Shown here: positions 55,911 through 64,000 of the stretch, in pieces
How positions within the stretch are numbered: the first letter of the stretch is position 1
Layout of the letters: every line of letters starts with the position of its first letter
Source: Octopus vulgaris
Taxonomy: Eukaryota
Reading direction: 5' to 3'
NCBI GenBank assembly: GCA_951406725.2
Contig: OX597821.1
Location: 52,514,001 to 52,578,000, forward strand
Length of the DNA: 64,000 nt
Notes under the pieces: generated by a model
The model's database searches: none
What the model was told of the DNA's origin: nothing
Seen by the model: only the letters and a program-made list of their open reading frames with translations
Program-made: the position numbers and the translations under genes

Positions 55911-58247
55911 GTGTGTATATATGTATCTGTGTGTGTGTGTCTGTATGTATTGTGTACCACTATCTTTTAGTGGCTGAAAGCAACTCATTGATAGTATTTT
56001 CAATTTACTTTCAATTATTAACTCAGTAAATTTAAATAACATATCTGGTTCTTCAACAACTACTACCCGTTAATTCTTTGCTTCCTTATCGTGCAGTGAG
56101 ATAATTTCGTTTGATATCCATGGTTTACAGTCTAGAGTTCATTTATTTCTCCTCTATCTCTTCGGTTTCCTCATTGTGTATATATCTCAATAGTATAGAA
56201 CCCAACGTTCAAACATTACCTTAACTATTGCGTTAATCTCATATTTCTTTCGAAGAAATTCGATTACATCTGTCTGTAAGTCGTTTACGTCGGTAAACAA
56301 TCCACTACTGTGCAGTACTACTAAAGTGAAACCAACTACTGAACTTCTTTCTTTTTTACAAGATATTATGTTCGTGTTTTACGGTGTTGTATTTGTTGCA
56401 ATTGGCATATATATAGAACTACCACTTCATGTTTTGTTTTTTATTCTTGAAGTGGCGTGGCTGTAATCTGCACACCTGCAAACGTGTTTTAAATTGCGAT
56501 ATCTATTTTACACCAGAAAATACCGCCTAAGCCTGTTTATGGATGATACTTCTCAATTAGTCTAAACAAATATACAAATTTTGTTTCATGTTATATCCGA
56601 ATTACAAAGAGCGTACCCAAACTTTGCATGCTGTAGTATCTGAATATTTAAGTTCCTATTAACACTTTTTAGTGTGTAACTGAGTTTGACCATTATTCGT
56701 TGTGTTCATGTAAAATAATATCTGTGGATAGGTGACTGGATAGAAAATTATGCTGCAATGAGAACTGAATGTTCAATTGTTGAAAGTATTTCATTATAAT
56801 CTAAACAGAATATTATATCATAGCTGTTGGTAAAATGGTATAACTTCATTGTTGTCAAAATAATCTCAAAGCAAGAAACAGAAATTCACCATTCCGCAGT
56901 TTATTTTAATCATTGTATATTTTCCAGACACTACGAATGTCTAAACGCAACACTACGTTCTCTTAACAGGTGTTATTGTTTAAAACACGGTCAAAGTACT
57001 TGCTTATACCATGTGACAATTATGAGTTCGATCCCAGTAAAGAGCTAATATTGAGGCGTCACAAAACTTTGGTCCGTCAGGAAAAAGTTAAGATAGTGAC
57101 CTTACGTAAATGTTGTATTCATTGCAGCAAACAAAACTACACGACATCAACAAACTAGAAAAAAAAGATTACATTAGATATACACTGGCAAACTACTAGT
57201 TCAACATCAAGACATACATTGCCTCCATTTCAGCAAGGCTCACCGGGTGAGACATTGATTGATACATGGAATGAAGAGTTTTCTTAACTGAATGCAGATT
57301 AAAAGAAATTCAATAGCAATTTCGATATTTTATTGTAAATGGCATATTAATAAATTCCTCTGAAGATTCGGAAGCCAGCTACGTTATATACATTACCGTT
57401 TATAGGAATCTTGTCTTTCAGAATTGCTGAAGGACACAATACATTCCTCACAACTGTTAACCAAACAAAAAAAAATATGATTTAACAAAGAGCTTTTCAT
57501 TATAACTTGCATGTCATGTTTTAGGAAGGTCATCGATGTTTTACCAACATATATGCAGTTTTCTGGAAACAGTCATGAGGTCAATAGAGGGTGATGCTCA
57601 ATTATTTCCTAACTACAAGTGTTGCAAAGTAGAATCAAAAGATATATGAAGACTTTCATTATTTCAAGATCAACGGATCATCTATTTAATTGGGAACTAT
57701 AGAGTGGTGAATTTTTGTCTTGTCATTACGTTTGAACACGACCCAGTACTAACCCTTTAAGAAACATAGAATATCTTAATCACGGCTCGAACCGCCCTCA
57801 AACTATTTAAATCTATTTTTACGAGTACTTCACCTAGAATGTACAAGCTCTCAACGAATAAGGTTACGTAAAATCTCTTATTATAAAAGGCAGATTTTCT
57901 CTGCCTCCCTTTGGGAGTTATACAAATCTACAATATAGCATTTCTTCAATTACAATTTACCTAGCATTTTTAAGAGTACAATGCATCGCGTCATGCCAGG
58001 TCCAGTTTTTAAAATTTAAACTCCAATTAAGCAAAATTTACAGAAAACTCACATTCTGGTGTGTGTGTCAAATGCTTTTCTTAGTCTGGTTTACACCACA
58101 CGCAAACGCACACACACAGTGGGCAACGAATAAAATGAAAGTAATTCACTTACTGTAGTGAGTGATTCTTTCACTCTGCCTCCCACTTCCTCTTTCCACA
58201 CATAGACACGCAAATATATAAATAAAATTGTAAGCTAACGTGCGTGT

Positions 58248-58295
<48 letters not shown>

Positions 58296-58619
58296 GGGTG
58301 CGTGTGTGTGTGTGTGTGTGCGTGTGCGTGAGTGTGTGACAGGAAAGTTTTTTACGACGAATATAACACCTATATCCAAGTAGCAGAAAGATAAGACAGT
58401 AAGGTGTGATTTGAGGGAGATTTGGCTGATATTTCTACCATGTTACCAGGTCTAGCTACCATGTAGAGGTCCCCCTCATTGGCTCATATATATATACATA
58501 CATAAGACAGTAAGGTGTGATTTGAGGGAGATTTGGCTGCTGTTTCTACCAGGTCTGTTAGGGCTTCTCATGTAAACTCAAGCTTTCTCATGCCTTGAAC
58601 ATAAGACCAAAGCAGAGAA

Positions 58620-58860
58620 TGTATTCTTTTATTCTTCTGCTTTTTCCAGCCATTGGTCTGTGGCCATGCTGGGGCAATGCCTTGAAGAATTGTAGTTTAA
58701 TGAATCAACTCCAGTTTTATTTTTGTAAGCATTGTACTTATTCTATCTGTTTCCTTTGTCAAACCACTAGGTGACAGGGATGTAAACAAACCAACATTCG
58801 TTGTCAAGCAGTGGTGGAGGACAATCACAAGCACAGACAAGCACACACACACACATACAT
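58620..58860 (-). mobile_element. SINE family A, 3' half
   Basis: Reverse complement contains ttgcttgacaacgaatgttggtttgtttacatccc...ggcattgccccagcatggccacag. Confidence 0.7.
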
Positions 58861-58921
58861 GCATACACATATACACACATACATACATACATACATATAT
58901 ATATATGTGTGTATATATATA

Positions 58922-59180
58922 TTGCAGCGTGGAAGGTGTTTGTAAGCCATTTAAGAAACACACAAAAACCGTTACATTCACTTCAACATTTAAATTTAAT
59001 TTGCCAAAATATTTTCGTCGCTTTCAGACCGCGACCTGTTCACTGACAAAAATATCGTGCTAACAGGTCGCGGTCTCAAAGCGACGAAAATATTTTGACA
59101 AATTAAATTTAAATGTTGAAGTGAATCTAACGGTTTTTGTGTGTTTCTTAAATGGCTTATAAACACCTTCAACGCTGCAA
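58922..59180. repeat. Near-perfect palindrome (MITE/fold-back), arms ~119 bp, loop ~21 bp
   Basis: 58922-59040 is the reverse complement of 59062-59180 with only a handful of mismatches; embedded in (TA)n. Confidence 0.9.
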
Positions 59181-59342
59181 CTGTTTTCGTTCCAGCACAC
59201 GATCTCAGATCAAGTCACTTGCTATGCAAGTACATCTCTGTAACTATATATATATTTATATTTATATATATATGTATATTGGTAAAAACAGTAAGATAAC
59301 AAAAGAAAGAAAGAGACCTCAATATTATATAAATAGAGGAAA

Positions 59343-59737
59343 TCTTTATATATAAAAGTGAGGTTGTGTGTCTGTCTCCTACGATTTACATTCCTAACTA
59401 CTCCCACATTTTGCGGTGCAGTTTAACCAAAACCGGGTATCTTATAGTCGTGATTCATATCGAGACCGTCTGGGTATTAGCGCGCGTCTACGATGAGTCT
59501 ACGATTTAAAAAAAAATTTACCATCAATTTTTCCCATTTTTAATCCATTTTTGACATATATAAGGGAAGTAACTCTCTAAAATTTATTATTAAATCTCAG
59601 AACGTAAAAAGCTACAGTAACACCCCTCCCCCTTTGTGGTTAGCCATATTGAGATGGCTATTATACTTTACATCTCTAAAAATGCTTATATAATTATTTC
59701 CCTTACAAACCCGAGCAACACCGGGCGATACTGCTAG
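59343..59737 (+). mobile_element. Non-autonomous Helitron-like element (395 bp)
   Basis: 5' end A|TCtttatatataaaag; subterminal GC hairpin cccgagcaacaccggg; 3' end CTAG|T; no TSD. Confidence 0.8.
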
Positions 59738-61939
59738 TATCAGCTAAATTTAGATAAGCTTTGAAGGTTGCATACATCAGTAAGTGTCTGACAGCTACCC
59801 CATCTTTGACCGGGAAATTGCATACTCCATCGCTTTTAAACCCGCTATATATCATAGGTTGGGAAAATGAAACATCAGTAGCAAAATCAACTAGACCAAC
59901 GTGGTTATAGTAGGAACAATAAGATTTGAAACCAAACGGAAATATAAAAACAGAATTCTTACTGATGACATAAATTGCCGAGAAGGAATGCTTTCACTGT
60001 TACATTGGGAGAACAGGTGGATATTAGGGACGGGAAAACCTAAGTACGGGTTTGTTTTAGAGCAATCCAACGTAACCCGGAGGAACGAAGCAGCAAGTGA
60101 TACTGCGCATAATGTGGTTGCAGTGGAGGTAGTGGTAGGCAGAGTATCTGACTTCGTAAACAGAAAATTCTTCGGCTTACTACATGTAACTTTCAAATTA
60201 TTTCCATTTTCTTCCGAGCACCTTCCTCCACAAGTAAGAATTATAATATTTCCTAAGCAATAACTCAGAATTTGGTATACAGCATAGCTGTAATAAAAAA
60301 TACCAACATTAACAACTGCTAAAGCCCCAAGTGTATAATATTATAATATTCGCAACCCGAACTAAACTTAGCCACACAATACTAAGGTCCATAATAACAA
60401 TGTAAAAACTAAAAAATAAAAAAAATGCATCAACTACTGCACGAATAGTTGGTATGACTTTGCATCCTACAAGCAATAACCACCTATGTAACTACTTCAC
60501 TCATGATGGCTGCCCCCTGAACAATTGTTCGCTGAAATGTAGAAGATATTCAGTCTAAAAATTAGATAGTGTGTACCGCTATAACAGTGCCACGGTGTAT
60601 GGATTTCAGATACGATCAAGTGAATGGTTTATTTTTCACAAAGCAAAATTAACACTGTAAGAATGTAAAGCCAACCTATTATATCCCACTACAAGAAACA
60701 CAAGAAGATGAATTAAAAGTTATGAAATCCTGTTACCTTATAACTATAAGAGTATACTTTATCTATAACAGTACGCGCTATACTTTTTAAACTATGACCT
60801 TGAAAAATGTTTTCTTCTAATGTACCGAATCCCAATTAGCGCCGGTATGCAGCTGAATATTTTCAGATATTTCTTCTCCTTCACACTTTCATTTCTTCTC
60901 ATTGAATCATCTATGTCTGCTTCGGGATAAAAAAAAGCGCTATGGTTCAATATAAAAAGTCATCATTTAATTTACGAACTCCGGCATTTACAAGAAAATT
61001 ATTATTTCCTACTTGTAATATTTCCAAAGCTACACGTTTTTTTTCTCCATAACATTTACAAATTCCTTATTAAATTTATCAAAAGGTATCACCAATAATT
61101 TCATGAAAGTTATACTTCAAATCATTTTTCTCTATGGTTCCTGTAATGATTCTCTGTATTCAGCTGTTGGGCTATTTACAATGTGAAATTTATCTATACA
61201 ATTATTGATCCGATGGACTTCTATTCAGTTTTCATTTACCCAATTCTTCTCAGGAACAATAAGTCAAATATTGCTATAGAAATTTAAATTCGCCAGCAGG
61301 CCATTCAGATGAACCGAACCCGTGATATATGGTTGCAAAGGAAACTACTAATATATATATTCGAGTAGAAACGATGTAGGATGCTGCGTAAAGCTCGTCT
61401 AAAGTTTTCAGCTAGCTGATGTCTCCAACTTTAGGGATGCATATGCTACTGGATGTAGCTCAAAAGTACAATAGTGTATGTAGATTTTACATAAATAGAA
61501 CAAAGAAATAAAACGGAATTCTTGACATTCTTGAATCCCCGAAAAAATACGTAGTATAAATGCAGTCCTTGGAGAGTGTCACTTCCAAAATTTATAAAAA
61601 CAAATACAGATCGGATATGAAGTATAAAATATCTAATGTTGTAGTGCATAATCCAATCTTCGGATCACAAATATCATCTTAGATTGTTAGGGAATTCTTC
61701 GCTGCATTAGATAATTTTTTTTCCAAAATCTAATATATAACTTACATTGGCCCAGCCCATGTGTAACATAATAGGACCGTCTGGGATTACGCAATTAAGA
61801 ATTTTATCTGTCACACACTGAAATATTAGATGCTATTTTTAATAACCTTGAATACTTTATCTACGAACATTATAAAAAGAAATTAAATCAGGAATGAGTG
61901 TGAGGGCATACTCAGGAAAGATATATCTAGTAAGAAGTG

Positions 61940-62560
61940 TAATAATCCTTTTCTACCAAATGCGCAATGCCTGAAATTTGGTGGGGATTAGTCGATCACA
62001 TCGACCCCAGTGTCTAGCTGGTATTTATTTAATCGAGCCCGAAAAGATGAACGGCAAAATCGACTTCGCCGAAATTTGAACTCAGAACGTAGTGACGGGC
62101 GAAATACTGCTAAGTATTTCGTCCAGCGTGCTATCATTTCTTACTTATGAATTGCCCACAAAGGGATAAAGATACAGGGGACAAATAAGGACAGACAAAC
62201 GGATTAAGTCGATTACATCGACTGCAGTGCGTAACTGGTACTTATTTATTAGACCCCGAAAGGATTAGAGGCAAAGTCGACCTCGGTGTAATTTGAACTT
62301 AGAACGTAGCGGCAGACGAAATACCTATTTCTTTCCTACCCACAAGGGGCTAAACACAGAGAGGACAAGCAAGAGCAGACAAACGGATTAAGTCGATTAT
62401 ATCGACCCCAGTGCGTAACTGGTACTTATTTAATCGACCCTGATAGGATTAGAGGCAAAGTCGACCTTCTCGGAATTTGAACTCGGAACGTAACGGCAGA
62501 GGAAAAACGGCTACGCATTTCGCCCGGCGTGCTAACATTTCTGCCAGCTCACTGCCTTAG
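61940..62560 (-). mobile_element. SINE family B with a triplicated core
   Basis: Three tandem ~180-190 bp copies of gtcgattacatcgacccc.gtgcgtaactggtac...aaagtcgacctcgg...atttgaactcagaacgta. Confidence 0.85.
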
Positions 62561-63251
62561 TAAGAACTGTAATAATAAAGAAGGAAATAGTGAAGCATGT
62601 TCCAATAAGTTGATATTACTCCATGCTGAAAGTTGATATTACTCCATGCTGAAAGTTGATATTACTCACTGCTTGTATGATATTTTCAGTCAGAAATATT
62701 TTTACAAAACTGTGGTATGTGGGACTTACTACACTTTTGAAAAATGCTAAACCTTTGTACTACACTTTGATATTTTTCATATCTTGGCATCTCAAGCAGA
62801 TGGAGATACGATAGTTTGACCAAAGGAACCGGCTATTACAAGTAAAATTAAATATTGAGAAAAACTCATTTGACCAGATGTGGGCATACAATAGACTAAC
62901 ATAATTGCAGCTTTATATTTATATATTCGTGCGTGTCTATACATTTATTTGTATAAGCAAGGGAGTTTATATATGTCGATTATATCAGCGTGTTTGAGAG
63001 TATGCGGGTATCCATCTCAGCTTCATTGCATGTATATGTACACTTATTCTTATCAATAATAATAATATAGTTATTTGTTTGGTTTTACTCTGTTCAACTG
63101 CTATCATTCTGTGTAGTATATAATATTGTTCTGTATGTATCAGTATGTGTGTCAATGTGCCTACGTGAATCCTTATGCGTATATCCATGTGTATGTTTCA
63201 TATGTGTGTGTATGTCGGTTTGTGCCAGTGGGTCAATATGTGGGTCAGTGT

Positions 63252-63638
63252 GGAGGCGCAATGGCCCAGTAGTTAGGGCAGCGGACTCGCGGTCAGAGGA
63301 TCGCGGTTTCGATTCCCAGACCGGGCGTTGTGAGTGTTTATTGTGCGAAAACACCTAAAGCTCCACGCAGCTCCGGCAGGGGATGGTGGTGATCCCTGCT
63401 GTACTCTTTCACCACAACTTTCTCTCACTCTTACTTCCTGTTTCTGTTGTACCTGTATTTCAAAGGGCCGGTCTTGTCACTATCTGTGTCACGCTGAATA
63501 TCCCCAAGAACTACGTTAAGGGTACACGTGTCTGTGGAGTGCTCAGCCACTTGCACGTTAATTTCACGAGCAGGCTGTTCCGTTGATTCGGATCAACCGG
63601 AACCCTCGTCGTCGTAACCGACGGAGTGCTTCCATTCC
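63252..63638 (+). mobile_element. tRNA-derived SINE (octopus OR/OK-like) with a 14 bp TSD
   Basis: A-box tggcccagtagtt and B-box ggtttcgattccc; TSD atgtgggtcagtgt at 63238-63251 and 63639-63652. Confidence 0.88.
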
Positions 63639-63740
63639 ATGTGGGTCAGTGTATGCATGTGTACGGGAGCATATGTTACAATGGTCGATTCTACATGTGT
63701 GTATGCCATTATTTAGGCATTTGTGTGTGTGTTTGTGTGT

Positions 63741-63775
<35 letters not shown>

Positions 63776-64000
63776 TACGAATGTGTGGCTGTAGCTTCTT
63801 GTCATTTTACTGTAATATGTCTCTTTTCTAGTTCCTCCGTATCTTTCTTTTAGGATCTCTCTAATTTCCTCTTCCGCTACATATTCTTACTGGGTTGACA
63901 GCCAAGCTGAGATCCCTTTAATGCATTTTTTTGTATATCTAATTATGTGCTTATATCTTTGTTTTGATTGTATGTGTATTCCTATCTATATATATCCGGT

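Noticed and set aside
56860-56905. Minus-strand NGEFLFL, resembling the expected upstream exon motif NGEYVFF
   Set aside because: In-frame stops lie immediately on both sides; a chance match.
59901-60263. 120-aa non-repetitive ORF
   Set aside because: No recognisable domain or splice support, and it is antisense to the host gene.
62608-62667. 23 bp unit repeated ~2.6 times (also small duplications at 58391/58502 and 55741/55817)
   Set aside because: Simple local tandem duplications without unique regularly sized spacers; not CRISPR-like, and the DNA is eukaryotic.

Overview
AT-rich, microsatellite-dense animal DNA. The SINE/LINE repertoire points to a cephalopod (Octopus-like); this is an inference from remembered repeat families, not a database result. 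The window appears almost entirely intronic. One convincing coding exon was found (22116-22311, minus strand, canonical AG/GT), from the extracellular domain of a natriuretic-peptide-receptor-type membrane guanylyl cyclase. The rest is repeats: 5'-truncated CR1-group LINEs in (TA)n tracts, R4/Dong-clade LINE fragments in (TAA)n tracts, Penelope-like (PLE) fragments, mariner and DD37D-type transposon relics, non-autonomous Helitron-like elements and several tRNA-derived SINE families. The most unusual signal is at least six type I hammerhead ribozyme (HHR) motifs read directly from the sequence. Two lie in a previously unremarked ~300-365 bp non-coding, hairpin-rich family (20.4-20.8 kb and 47.1-47.4 kb) that resembles animal retrozymes; its stems covary between copies and one copy has terminal redundancy. 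Three lie in fold-back (inverted-repeat) elements and one in a PLE 3' end. Three are in the sense orientation of the host gene's pre-mRNA. Most ORFs in the supplied track are microsatellite artefacts.
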